A stretch of 64,000 bases of DNA from positions 32,001-96,000 of the forward strand of contig BTVY01000023.1 of the NCBI GenBank assembly GCA_045863335.1, given 5' to 3'. This DNA comes from Candidatus Hydrogenedentota bacterium (GTDB lineage: Bacteria; Hydrogenedentota; Hydrogenedentia; Hydrogenedentales; SLHB01). The notes under the pieces are model-generated. The model saw nothing but the letters and a program-made list of their open reading frames with translations. It was not told where the DNA came from and did not search any database. Positions 44,702-54,356 of the stretch are shown piece after piece. The first letter of the stretch is position 1. The number at the start of each line of letters is the position of its first letter. A program made the translations under genes and the position numbers.

Positions 44702-45724
44702 ATGGATATTTCAGAACTTGATTATGATTTGCCCGATGAACTTATCGCGCAACACCCGAACGAGAAACGGGACGAATCCCGCCTATTGGTGGTCGATCGC
44801 GCGGACGGATCGCTCCGCGAAGACGTCTTTCGAAACGTAGGCGCGCATCTCCGGGCCGGCGATTGCCTCGTGCTCAACGAAACACGAGTTATCCGCGCGC
44901 GGTTGCACGGGCGGAAGCCGTCCGGCGGCAAGGTGGAGATTTTTCTCCTGCATGAACATGAGCCGGGCGCCTGGGACGCGCTCGTCCGGCCTTCGGCGAA
45001 GGTTTCACCCGGGACGACGGTCGTTCTGGGCTCCGGGATGGAAGCCGTGGTCGAGGAGGTCTTGCCCGAGGGGCGGCGTCGCGTGCGGTTTCACGCGCCC
45101 GATGTCCTGCGTGTGCTGGAAGAATGCGGCGAAGTGCCGCTGCCACCCTACATTCACCGGAAAGGACCGGAGGATGCGGACCTGACTCGCTACCAGACCG
45201 TCTATGCCCAATCGCCGGGCGCCGTCGCGGCGCCGACGGCGGGTCTGCATTTCACGGATACGGTTTTTGCGGACCTGGAGCATCGGGGCGTACAACGCAC
45301 ATCTCTAACCCTGCACGTGGGTTATGGAACCTTCAGCCCCATTCGCGGCGAGCGGGTGGAGGCCCATATTGTCGAACCCGAGGAGTTTGTCTTGCCCGAA
45401 GCCACCGCGGCAACGCTCAACGCGACGCGCGATGCGGGCGGACGCGTCGTCGCCGTGGGCACCACGTCCACGCGGGTGCTGGAGTTTCAGTACCGTCATG
45501 GTCAATTTCAGCCGGGTGCCGGTACGACCGGACTGTACATCTATCCGCCCTATACATACCGGGCCGTGGATGTCCTGCAGACCAATTTTCACCTGCCAAA
45601 GTCGAGTCTGCTGGCGCTCGTGTATGCGTTTGCGGGAATGGACTTGGCGCGGGAAGCCTATCGCTACGCCATCGCGAACCGGTTCCGCTTTTATTCCTAC
45701 GGCGACGTGATGCTGATTCTGTGA
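44702..45724 (+). CDS. queA: S-adenosylmethionine:tRNA ribosyltransferase-isomerase
   Basis: DYDLPDELIAQHP, PLPPYI, YQTVYA..PGAVAAPTAGLHF, VGTTSTR.LE, TNFHLPKS, FYSYGD. Confidence 0.97.
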   Translation: MDISELDYDLPDELIAQHPNEKRDESRLLVVDRADGSLREDVFRNVGAHLRAGDCLVLNETRVIRARLHGRKPSGGKVEIFLLHEHEPGAWDALVRPSAKVSPGTTVVLGSGMEAVVEEVLPEGRRRVRFHAPDVLRVLEECGEVPLPPYIHRKGPEDADLTRYQTVYAQSPGAVAAPTAGLHFTDTVFADLEHRGVQRTSLTLHVGYGTFSPIRGERVEAHIVEPEEFVLPEATAATLNATRDAGGRVVAVGTTSTRVLEFQYRHGQFQPGAGTTGLYIYPPYTYRAVDVLQTNFHLPKSSLLALVYAFAGMDLAREAYRYAIANRFRFYSYGDVMLIL

Positions 45725-45731
45725 CCCGCGC

Positions 45732-46331
45732 CTACTCCGCGTCCAGAAGCCGTTCAATCTCCTTGGCGAGGGCTTCCTCCAGCTGCGACTGGTGTTCGCC
45801 GTAGATGCTCTCTTCCCGGAGTAGGGCCAGGGCGGCCTTGCACTTGACCAGGGCCGTCTGCGCGTCGCCGGCTTCGATCGCTTTCTGAGCGGAGTTGTAG
45901 ACGCGCTCGAATTTCAGGCGCGTATTCTTCGCGAAGCTTTCCGCCCGTTTCGAGGCCACTTCCGATTCGCTGGGCCGCAGCGAGGGGGAAATATAGGGGG
46001 GAATGCGCTCACCGTTCTGGCGGGCGCGCATGGCGCGGATGGCGTGCTCGGTGCGCGCGCGGGCTTCTGTAGCCCGCTCCTTGGAGACTTTCTTGGGGTC
46101 GAAGGTAGCAAGGTAGCGTCCCGTGCCCGGCGCAAAGAGTCCGTCCCGAATCGCCTGCTCAACAGTGGGAAGTCCCTTAACCTTGCCGGTAACGCTCAGG
46201 ATGGCGCCGGTCCAGTGACCGGTATCGGTCCGGTCGTCCCTGGGTCCAATGACGATCACCAGTTCCGATCCCGAGGCCGCCAACCGCTGCATGAGCGGTT
46301 CGTGACGCCCCATCCCTCCGGCCCGATTCAT
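45732..46331 (-). CDS. Hypothetical protein
   Basis: 199-aa ORF filling the gap between queA and aspS. Helical/TPR-like C-terminus. No recognised motif. Confidence 0.55.
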   Translation of the reverse strand: MNRAGGMGRHEPLMQRLAASGSELVIVIGPRDDRTDTGHWTGAILSVTGKVKGLPTVEQAIRDGLFAPGTGRYLATFDPKKVSKERATEARARTEHAIRAMRARQNGERIPPYISPSLRPSESEVASKRAESFAKNTRLKFERVYNSAQKAIEAGDAQTALVKCKAALALLREESIYGEHQSQLEEALAKEIERLLDAE

Positions 46332-46464
46332 GGTCGTGGTCTTCCCAATCCCAGTGGCGCGATACGCGTGTACGTTTGAATTGCATGAATGGTACCACAG
46401 TCAATCGAGGATCAGAGAAGGCATCGAAACCAAAGGGCATAAACCGTTCCGCTCGCTGCGAAAT

Positions 46465-46493
46465 TTGACAATTCCCCCGTCAATGGCTACGAT
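46465..46493 (+). promoter_or_regulatory. sigma70 promoter of aspS
   Basis: TTGACA-N17-TACGAT about 50 nt upstream of the ATG. Confidence 0.7.
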
Positions 46494-46543
46494 CCGGCGT
46501 TTAACTGCGGCACGATATCAGTACCCGCTCTGGAGAAACGACC

Positions 46544-48325
46544 ATGCATCCCTTTCGAACGCATACCTGTGGCGAGCTGCGTCCATCAGACGTAGACAAA
46601 GAGGTCCGGCTGTCGGGCTGGGTCCATCGCAAGCGCGACCACGGGGGCGTGATCTTCATCGACTTGCGCGATCACTATGGCCTGACGCAGGTCGTCATCA
46701 ACCCGGATCAAGCCTTTTTCACGGAAGCCGAACAGGTGCGGTCGGAGAGCGTCATTCGCGTGGATGGCAAGGTCGTCGCACGCACGCCGGAAACGATTAA
46801 TCCTAATCTCGATACCGGCGCGATCGAAGTCGTCGCCTCCAGTTTTCACGTGGAATCCGTCGCCGACCAGATCCCCTTCCCGGTCAACCAGGAGCTGGAG
46901 TACCCGGAGGAAGTGCGGCTGGCCCACCGGTTTCTGGATCTGCGCAAGGAACGGTTGCACAAGAACATTTTGCTTCGTTCCCAGACCGCACAGCTCACCC
47001 GCGCCCATTTGACGGAGCGCGGGTTTACCGAGTACCACACGCCGATCCTGACCAGTTCGTCGCCCGAGGGCGCGCGCGACTACCTGGTGCCCAGCCGGCT
47101 GTATCCAGGCGAGTTTTACGCCTTGCCCCAGGCGCCCCAGCAGTTCAAACAGTTGCTCATGATCTCCGGCTTCGACCGGTACTTCCAGATCGCGCCGTGC
47201 TTCCGCGATGAGGACAGCCGCGCCGATCGCAGCCCGGGCGAGTTTTACCAGATCGATATCGAGATGTCCTTCATCACGCAGGACGATCTCTTTCACGAAA
47301 TCGAGTTGCTCCTCGTGCGGTTGTTCAACGAGTTGTCGGACAAGACCATTCAGGCCAACCCCTTCCCGCGGATACCCTATCGCGAGGCCATGGAGAAATA
47401 CGGCACCGACAAGCCGGACATCCGCTTCGGGCTCGAGATGATCGAAGCGACGGACATCTTCGAGAACAGCGAGTTCAAAGTTTTCTCGGGCGCGGTGAAG
47501 AGCGGCGGCGCGGTGAAGGTCATCAACGCCAAAGGCGTCGCCACGCAATCGCGGAAATTTTTCGATGACGCGGAGGCCTTCGCCAAAGGCGAAGGGGCTA
47601 AGGGCCTGGCCTGGATCGCTCTGCGCGATGGCGAAATGAAAGGCCCCGTCGTCAAGTTCCTGAGCGAGGCGGAACAGAAAGCCCTCATCGAGCGGACTTC
47701 CGCCCGGGAAGGGGACGCCCTGTTCTTCGGCGCCGGCGACCGGACGGAAACCAATGCGCTGCTCGGCAAGGTGCGCGTGTACCTGGCGAACGCGCTGGGC
47801 ATTGTCGACAAAAACCTCGCGGCCTTCTGCTGGGTCGTCGACTTCCCTATGTTCGAGTGGAACGAAGACGAAAAGAAAGTCGACTTCTCCCACAACCCCT
47901 TCTCCATGCCCCAGGGCGGCATGGAAGCCTTGACGGAAATGGATCCCCTGGACGTGCTCGCGTTCCAGTATGACGTCGTGTGCAACGGCATCGAGTTGTC
48001 GTCCGGCGCCATTCGCAATCACCGGCCCGAGGTCATGCTCAAGGCCTTCGAGATCGCGGGGTACTCTGACGAGACGGTGAAGTCCAAATTCCCGGCCTTG
48101 TGGAAGGCCTTCCATTACGGCGCGCCTCCTCACGGCGGCATCGCGCCCGGTTTCGATCGTATCGTCATGCTGCTCGCCGACGAGCCCAACATCCGCGAAG
48201 TTATCGCCTTCCCGCTGAATCAAAAGGCGCAGGATCTCCTCATGGGCGCTCCAAGCGAAGTCACGCCCCGGCAGTTGCAGGAACTGCATCTGCAGATCAA
48301 ATATCCGCCGAAGGTGGAGAAGTAA
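46544..48325 (+). CDS. aspS: Aspartate-tRNA ligase (probably non-discriminating)
   Basis: [14 protein letters not shown] (His typical of ND-AspRS), [45 protein letters not shown]. Confidence 0.97.
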   Translation: MHPFRTHTCGELRPSDVDKEVRLSGWVHRKRDHGGVIFIDLRDHYGLTQVVINPDQAFFTEAEQVRSESVIRVDGKVVARTPETINPNLDTGAIEVVASSFHVESVADQIPFPVNQELEYPEEVRLAHRFLDLRKERLHKNILLRSQTAQLTRAHLTERGFTEYHTPILTSSSPEGARDYLVPSRLYPGEFYALPQAPQQFKQLLMISGFDRYFQIAPCFRDEDSRADRSPGEFYQIDIEMSFITQDDLFHEIELLLVRLFNELSDKTIQANPFPRIPYREAMEKYGTDKPDIRFGLEMIEATDIFENSEFKVFSGAVKSGGAVKVINAKGVATQSRKFFDDAEAFAKGEGAKGLAWIALRDGEMKGPVVKFLSEAEQKALIERTSAREGDALFFGAGDRTETNALLGKVRVYLANALGIVDKNLAAFCWVVDFPMFEWNEDEKKVDFSHNPFSMPQGGMEALTEMDPLDVLAFQYDVVCNGIELSSGAIRNHRPEVMLKAFEIAGYSDETVKSKFPALWKAFHYGAPPHGGIAPGFDRIVMLLADEPNIREVIAFPLNQKAQDLLMGAPSEVTPRQLQELHLQIKYPPKVEK

Positions 48326-48405
48326 GAGCGGCTCGCGCATATCTGCGGCATGTTTGAGGATCCGCATCGGGTTGCCGTTGACCGCGGAAATCTGGAGGCA
48401 GGCGT

Positions 48406-49842
48406 ATGACGTTTCGACCCCTTCTGCTTGCAGCTTGCGCTGCGATTTGGGCAGGCGCCGTTGGCGCGCAGCCGTCCGCTGACCTCGGTCATACGGATTC
48501 CAACCGGTATCTGACGTTTCATGGCGAAGGCGTCGTCCTCGTCGGTGACAGCGGCACCCAGTGCGTCATGCAGAACACCAACCTCGACTATCGCCGCTGG
48601 ATCGAGGACTGCGCCGACGCGGGGTTGAGCGTGGTCCACATCTGGTCCTTCGTGGTGCCCCGGCAACAGCTCGACGGCAGCGATGTGGAGGACCGCTACG
48701 GCTACGTCTACCCCGGGATTACCCCGTGGGCGCGCAAGATCGACGGTCCCCGAGCGAAAGACGGCGGGTTCCAATGGGACCTGCACGCTTGGGATGAAGG
48801 TAATGACCCCACCCACTACTGGCCACGCTTACGGGACTTCTGCGCCTACGCGAAAGAGAAGGGGCTCGTGGTGGGAATCACCGTGTTCTGGGGGTGGCCG
48901 AAGCACCCGTCGGATTGGGCGTATCATCCGTTCAACAGCGTGAACGGCGGTCCGGTCACGGAAGACGTGCGGATACACGTGTCACAAGTGCAACGCATCG
49001 CCACGCCCGGCCTTGAAGTGTGGGAAGAGACTTACGCAAATGATTGGGACACGGCAAAGAAGACTCAATGGCACTGGGAACGGCTCGCGAAAAAGCTCAT
49101 CGACGACACGGCGTCCTTCGGAAACGTGTTCTTTGTCTTCATGGACGAACATTCCTACGATGAGGGCAACGGGGGCGACCACTTCCGGGATTTCTTCAAG
49201 AAGCGCGGGGCTTTGTGGGTGGATTGGGATAAACGCCGTGAGTCGGTGGATGTGGTCTTTGCAGATATCGCGTACCGTGCGGATTCGGGGAAGAATTCCG
49301 GTACCGTGAAACTCGTAACACGCCAGCCGTTGCGGCCCTTCATCATCCTGGAAGGAGGCCCCTACGCGGGCGACGAAGTCCGCGCCGCGATCTGGACGAC
49401 GCTCGTGGGCGGCGGCAATTACGTCTTCCACAACGACGCCGAGCAGGAAACGGTCCAAACCGGGATCATGGGCTACGATCCGAACGTCCCGGGCGGCGAC
49501 ACGGGACAAATCCGCCGGGAATGGCTGGGCCACGCGTCCCGTTTCTTCAACGACGCGGTGGAGAGCCTGGACAGCCTGATGCCTCACAATGAACTGACGG
49601 GCGATGGCACTTTTTGCCTCGCCGATCCGGGCCGCGAGTACGTCGTCTATTCGATGGCGGGGAGCGCGTCCATCCCGTTGACCCTGCACGGTCCGGGAGC
49701 CGTCGAGTCGCTGCGGTTGTACAACCCGCGAACGGGCGAATGGATAGAAAGCGCGGAGCATACATCCGCGGGTTCGACTATGACCGTCAACAAGCCCGAT
49801 GCAGACGACTGGGTCCTGCTTGTGCATCAATCAGTTGAATAG
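48406..49842 (+). CDS. Secreted DUF4038/apiosidase-like TIM-barrel protein with C-terminal putative collagen-binding domain
   Basis: RYLT..G..V.LVGDS, FMDE, PFIILEG. C-terminal CLADPGREYVVY...YNPRTGEW...DDWVLLV. Confidence 0.6.
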   Translation: MTFRPLLLAACAAIWAGAVGAQPSADLGHTDSNRYLTFHGEGVVLVGDSGTQCVMQNTNLDYRRWIEDCADAGLSVVHIWSFVVPRQQLDGSDVEDRYGYVYPGITPWARKIDGPRAKDGGFQWDLHAWDEGNDPTHYWPRLRDFCAYAKEKGLVVGITVFWGWPKHPSDWAYHPFNSVNGGPVTEDVRIHVSQVQRIATPGLEVWEETYANDWDTAKKTQWHWERLAKKLIDDTASFGNVFFVFMDEHSYDEGNGGDHFRDFFKKRGALWVDWDKRRESVDVVFADIAYRADSGKNSGTVKLVTRQPLRPFIILEGGPYAGDEVRAAIWTTLVGGGNYVFHNDAEQETVQTGIMGYDPNVPGGDTGQIRREWLGHASRFFNDAVESLDSLMPHNELTGDGTFCLADPGREYVVYSMAGSASIPLTLHGPGAVESLRLYNPRTGEWIESAEHTSAGSTMTVNKPDADDWVLLVHQSVE

Positions 49843-49846
49843 AAGA

Positions 49847-50115
49847 AACATCCCCCTTAGTCCCCCTTCAAAGGGGGATTTGGGCGCGCGTTGCGCGCTG
49901 ACCTCCGGTGCATCGCCGAAGTGCGCTACAAAGGTCTGGAAAAATGGGGACTGTTACCATTTTCCTTCTCCGAGCCTAAGCTGTTTTCTCAGCGATCCAA
50001 AGAAACTGGTAACTGTCCCCATTTTTCCGTCCATTCTTCTACGGGGTACGCCAATTCGCGCGAGACAAAGTCGAGCGCACTACTCCCCCTTTGAAGGGGG
50101 ATCAAGGGGGATGTT
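49847..50115. repeat. Nested double inverted-repeat element
   Basis: Outer arms aacatcccccttagtcccccttcaaaggggga and tccccctttgaagggggatcaagggggatgtt. Inner arms ggaaaaatggggactgttaccattttc (49938-49964) and gaaactggtaactgtccccatttttcc (50002-50028). Confidence 0.88.
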
Positions 50116-50145
50116 CTTCCAGACATCAGTCAACTTCGGAAGAAC

Positions 50146-51318
50146 ATGGACGACATCTATCTCGATCATAGCGCCACGACGCCCCTCCGCGAAGAAGTCT
50201 TCGCGGCGATGGAGCCGTATCTGCGGAACCACTTTGGCAACGCGGGATCCATCCATCGCTTCGGACGCGAATGCCGGCGCGCCATCGACGACGCCCGCGA
50301 GCAGGTTGCCGCGCTGCTCCACGCCGACCCCCGGGAAATCTACTTCACCTCCGGCGGCACGGAATCGGATAACCTCGCCGTGCGCGGTATCCCCGCGGCA
50401 TCCAGCCAGGCCAAGCGGCGCATCGTCACCACGGCGATCGAACATCACGCCGTGTTGCACGCCGCCGAACATGCGCGTAAACACGATGGGATCGAAGTGA
50501 CTATCGTCGGTGTGGACAAAGAAGGGCTTGTTGATCCGGAAGCCGTCGCCGCCGCAATCGATGACGACACCGTGCTCGTATCCGTCATGCACGCCAACAA
50601 CGAAACGGGGGCGATCCAGCCCATCGAAGCGATTGCCGCGTTGTGTGCCGAGCGCGGCGTACCGTTTCACACCGACGCCGTGCAGTCCGCGGGCAAACTC
50701 CCCATCGACCTGCATCGCACGCCCATCAGCATGCTCGCCATCTCTGCGCACAAACTCTACGCACCGAAAGGCGTGGGTGCCTGCTACATCCGCAAGGGTG
50801 TTGACGTGGTCCCGCAGTCATTGGGCGGATTCCAGGAACGCGAACGTCGCGCGGGTACGGAAAACGTCGCCGGAATCGTCGCGCTGGGCAAGGCCTGCGA
50901 ACTGGCGCGGAATGAACTGAAAACAAGCGCAGCGCGCCTGCGTGAACTGCGCGACGGCCTTCAGCAGGGCATTCTCGAACGCATTCCCGGAACCGCCATC
51001 AATGGACCAGTCGATAAGCGGTTACCCGGTCTTCTGAACGTCCGGTTCGACGGCGTCGAAGGCGAGTCTATGGTCCTCGGTCTCGACTTGGAAGGCATCG
51101 CCGTGTCCAGCGGCGCGGCGTGCACATCAGGATCGCTCGACCCGTCCCACGTGCTCCTCGCGATGGGCCAGGACTACGCGACCGCGCAAGGCGCCGTGCG
51201 CTTCAGTCTCGGCATCGGCAACACGGACGCGGAGATCGACCGCGTGCTCGAATTGTTGCCACGATTGGTGGAACGTCTCCGCGGGGGAGCGGGCGAGGGA
51301 CCGGGGCAGGGATTTTGA
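50146..51318 (+). CDS. iscS: Cysteine desulfurase (IscS/NifS group I)
   Basis: IYLDHSATTP, FTSGGTESDN, HANNETG, HTDAVQ, SAHKLYAPKG, SSGAACTSG...PSHVL. Confidence 0.9.
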   Translation: MDDIYLDHSATTPLREEVFAAMEPYLRNHFGNAGSIHRFGRECRRAIDDAREQVAALLHADPREIYFTSGGTESDNLAVRGIPAASSQAKRRIVTTAIEHHAVLHAAEHARKHDGIEVTIVGVDKEGLVDPEAVAAAIDDDTVLVSVMHANNETGAIQPIEAIAALCAERGVPFHTDAVQSAGKLPIDLHRTPISMLAISAHKLYAPKGVGACYIRKGVDVVPQSLGGFQERERRAGTENVAGIVALGKACELARNELKTSAARLRELRDGLQQGILERIPGTAINGPVDKRLPGLLNVRFDGVEGESMVLGLDLEGIAVSSGAACTSGSLDPSHVLLAMGQDYATAQGAVRFSLGIGNTDAEIDRVLELLPRLVERLRGGAGEGPGQGF

Positions 51319-51431
51319 TAGGACGTATGGGACGTGTATGACGAATGTGATTCGATGCAGCGTTCCCGAAAATGGCTACGTTCTGGGGTCCTTATGTGTC
51401 CTATTGGTCCTATCGGTCCCATACGTCATAT
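51318..51431. repeat. Nonamer-built (ATAGGAC / GTCCTAT) inverted element between convergent genes
   Basis: ataggacgtatgggac pairs with gtcccatacgtcatat. Tandem gtcctattg-gtcctatcg-gtcccat units. Confidence 0.75.
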
Positions 51432-51442
51432 TCCCTCCCCCC

Positions 51443-52414
51443 TTACGTCGCCAGAATATGCGCGACCCGCAGGATCTTGGGATCAAACTGCGTCCGGCAC
51501 TCCCAGGCTTCTTCGAGCGGGCGCAGCACGACGTTGTTAGCACTGACGCCGACCATCTTGCCGGTTTCGTCTTCCATGAGGGCCTCCACGGCGCGGACGC
51601 CGAGGCGGCTGGCGAGGATCCGGTCAAAGGCGGTGGGGCGGCCACCGCGCTGCAGGTGGCCGATGACCGCCACGCGGGAATCCTTGAACTCGGAACTGTC
51701 GGCAACCAGGCGGGCAATCTCGAAGGCATTGCCCGCTTCATCGCCTTCCGCCACGACGACGATGGCGGACACTTTCCCCGCCGTCGCGCCTTTGCGAAGG
51801 TGGGCGGTCAAAGCGTCAATATCGGTGGGCGTCTCCGGTACGAGGATGTCTTCCGCGCCTCCGGCGATCCCGCTGAGCATGGCAAGGTAGCCGCTATGGC
51901 GTCCCATAACTTCGATAAAGAACAACCGGTCGTGGGATTGCGCCGTATCGCGAATGCGGTCGATGGCTTCCATGGCCGTGTTGAGCGCTGTGTCGAATCC
52001 GATCGTGTAGTCGGTGCCGCCGATGTCATTGTCGATGGTCCCCGGTAATCCGATGCAGCGGATGCCGTATTCCTGGTTCAACGCGAGGGCCCCCCGGTAC
52101 GAGCCGTCGCCGCCGATGATGCAGAGTCCCTCGATCCCGTGGGCGTTCAAGGTTTCCGCCGCGCGTTGGCGTCCCTCGGGCTCGTAAAACTCCTTGCATC
52201 GGGCAGTGTGAAGGATCGTGCCACCCTGGGTGATGATTCCGCTCACAGACCGTGCGTTCAAGGGGCGCACATTGTTGTCTACCAAACCTTGATAGCCGCG
52301 CTCGATGCCGAACACTTCCAGGCCGTGGTAGACAGCGGTCCGCACGACGGCGCGCACGGCCGCGTTCATGCCGGGGGAGTCGCCCCCGCTGGTCAACACT
52401 CCAATGCGTTTCAT
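51443..52414 (-). CDS. pfkA: ATP-dependent 6-phosphofructokinase
   Basis: IGVLTSGGDSPGMNAA, GGTIL, IGGDGSYRGA, PGTIDND, EVMGRHSG, GHLQRGG. Confidence 0.97.
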   Translation of the reverse strand: MKRIGVLTSGGDSPGMNAAVRAVVRTAVYHGLEVFGIERGYQGLVDNNVRPLNARSVSGIITQGGTILHTARCKEFYEPEGRQRAAETLNAHGIEGLCIIGGDGSYRGALALNQEYGIRCIGLPGTIDNDIGGTDYTIGFDTALNTAMEAIDRIRDTAQSHDRLFFIEVMGRHSGYLAMLSGIAGGAEDILVPETPTDIDALTAHLRKGATAGKVSAIVVVAEGDEAGNAFEIARLVADSSEFKDSRVAVIGHLQRGGRPTAFDRILASRLGVRAVEALMEDETGKMVGVSANNVVLRPLEEAWECRTQFDPKILRVAHILAT

Positions 52415-52517
52415 GCGTTTGTCTTCCCTTTCAGTTCGCATGGACCAACACGGACAGGCACGGACGAGCGCCCCGATCGGAATCCTGGGTGGAAATGCCG
52501 TATCGATCCCTGTTCCC

Positions 52518-54356
52518 CTATTGCTCGGCGGCCTCCGCTTCCGGCTCGGCCCGGGCGGCGAATTCCAGCGAACGCGCGCGCCACTCAGCGAGCGACGCGA
52601 CCCCGACGGCCTCAATTTCGCGCCCCTCTTCGGCCAAGCTCTTCGCTTCCGCCATGAGTCGGCTAATCTCGGAAGATAACCAGTCGGCGCGTCCCCGTCC
52701 ATCGCCAGCGCCTCCGGCGCCAGTCAAATACTGGGATTGATACTCACCCGAGCGGGCAAGCGTTTCTTGGAGCAGTTCAATGAACGGTTCGCCCGCCTCC
52801 TGTTCAAGCGTACATAAAGATCGGACCAGCCGCGCCAGCGAAGCGATGGCCGGAACGGCGGTCTCCCTCGGAAGCGCTCCGTCGTGCCATTGCTGCTCCA
52901 GGAAAGGAAACAGCCGTAACAGCCCAAAGAACGTGAGCCGGTCCGTGCGGCCCGTTGCGGAATCGGCCACCGCCTTCACAAGATTAATGGCCTCTTCGGG
53001 CAGGGCTTCGCCAAAGGCGTCATCCGCCACGAAAGCGCGCGCTTCTGACTGGGCCGTGTTACGCGCTGCCAGTGCAATGACGTCTCCCGAGTGACCTTCC
53101 AGATAGTGAGGTTCCCGCGTGAGCGTCAGTCGAACGACGCCCTCTTGCACGGCCGGTTCCGGCATCGGGTTATTGCAGTCGTCATAGTGGAAAACCGCTT
53201 CCGTTTCCCCGACCGGAACCGGGATTTCCGCGGCTTCGTCCCGGTTCCACGCCACGACCTGCCATTCATTTCCCTTCCGAAACACAGCCGCGCGGGCGCT
53301 TCCGCTAAGGGGCATTCGGCCAACATATGAAGCCCCGTCGAGGTGGCGGACGAGCGCACTCGTTTCCACGAACGAGCTGCCGAAGGTCCCTCCACCATAG
53401 AGCAAGGTCGAATTCAACTCGCAGTGCGTAGCGCCCGCTTCGATTGCTTCCACGACCATCGTGACGGTGGACGGCCCGGCGTTTTCATCTGACGCGACGC
53501 CTTCATCGATGCGCGTCGCGTGAATCGGGAATCCTTCGAGACCAACCTCCTCGGCGGTCCGCCGCAGGGACGCGAGCGCGTCCATCTGACCGGCGCGGTA
53601 CGGAGTCGCAACCGCGGAAATCTGCGGAGCGCTGCCACTTTCCAGATACGCGCGAAACTCGTCGTCCGTGTCCGCGGCCACCACGATGGGCGCGCGACAC
53701 CCCCCCCGGTGAATCCCCGCAACCGCTGATTCGAACGCAGCCAAGTCGGAATCCGGGTCGAGCACCCATTCGACGACACGATCGCCAACAGTCTCAGCGA
53801 CGGCCTCCAGATCCGATTCCGTAGTCGCCTCGAAATCGCTGTATAACGAAATCGTAAAGCCCGCTTTGGCTGCCCGGTTGGCCACATCGGCGGCGTCAGG
53901 CGATATCGTTTCGAATTGGAGATTGCGCACCGGGATCCCTGGAAACGCCAGCAGTGACTCGGGGGTCGGCGCGTCGACCTGCACGCAGAGGGGAACGCGG
54001 AAACTGCGTTCGGGTCGATCGATCCGGCAGAACACGTGTTCCGACTCCTCCGGTACACCGCCCGCGTCCAGAATGACACGGGTTTGGTACCGGCCCTTCT
54101 CGATGGGCGCGCCTTGCACGGGAAACCAGAAGGTGCCGTTTGCCCGAAGGTCCGCCGCCGGCACTTCCACGCGCGTGACCTCCCCGTCATCGCCGGTAAA
54201 CTCCAGATGCCCCGTTACCGGCGTGTCGGCTTCGGATTTGAACTCCACGATGAGCGGATCGTCGGTGTACACAAACGGCACCGGCTGGTCGGGCGCCAAG
54301 GTAACCTGGATCGCGCCCGAGGCAAACGCGAAGAAGAGGGCGGCCGCCTCTAACAT
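52518..54356 (-). CDS. Secreted hypothetical protein with degenerate GH39/GH-A-like barrel
   Basis: Signal peptide. GDRVVEWVLDPD, FPIHATR and LDGASYVGR...AAVFR...VVAWN parallel GH39-like motifs but lack the catalytic Glu. Confidence 0.55.
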   Translation of the reverse strand: MLEAAALFFAFASGAIQVTLAPDQPVPFVYTDDPLIVEFKSEADTPVTGHLEFTGDDGEVTRVEVPAADLRANGTFWFPVQGAPIEKGRYQTRVILDAGGVPEESEHVFCRIDRPERSFRVPLCVQVDAPTPESLLAFPGIPVRNLQFETISPDAADVANRAAKAGFTISLYSDFEATTESDLEAVAETVGDRVVEWVLDPDSDLAAFESAVAGIHRGGCRAPIVVAADTDDEFRAYLESGSAPQISAVATPYRAGQMDALASLRRTAEEVGLEGFPIHATRIDEGVASDENAGPSTVTMVVEAIEAGATHCELNSTLLYGGGTFGSSFVETSALVRHLDGASYVGRMPLSGSARAAVFRKGNEWQVVAWNRDEAAEIPVPVGETEAVFHYDDCNNPMPEPAVQEGVVRLTLTREPHYLEGHSGDVIALAARNTAQSEARAFVADDAFGEALPEEAINLVKAVADSATGRTDRLTFFGLLRLFPFLEQQWHDGALPRETAVPAIASLARLVRSLCTLEQEAGEPFIELLQETLARSGEYQSQYLTGAGGAGDGRGRADWLSSEISRLMAEAKSLAEEGREIEAVGVASLAEWRARSLEFAARAEPEAEAAEQ

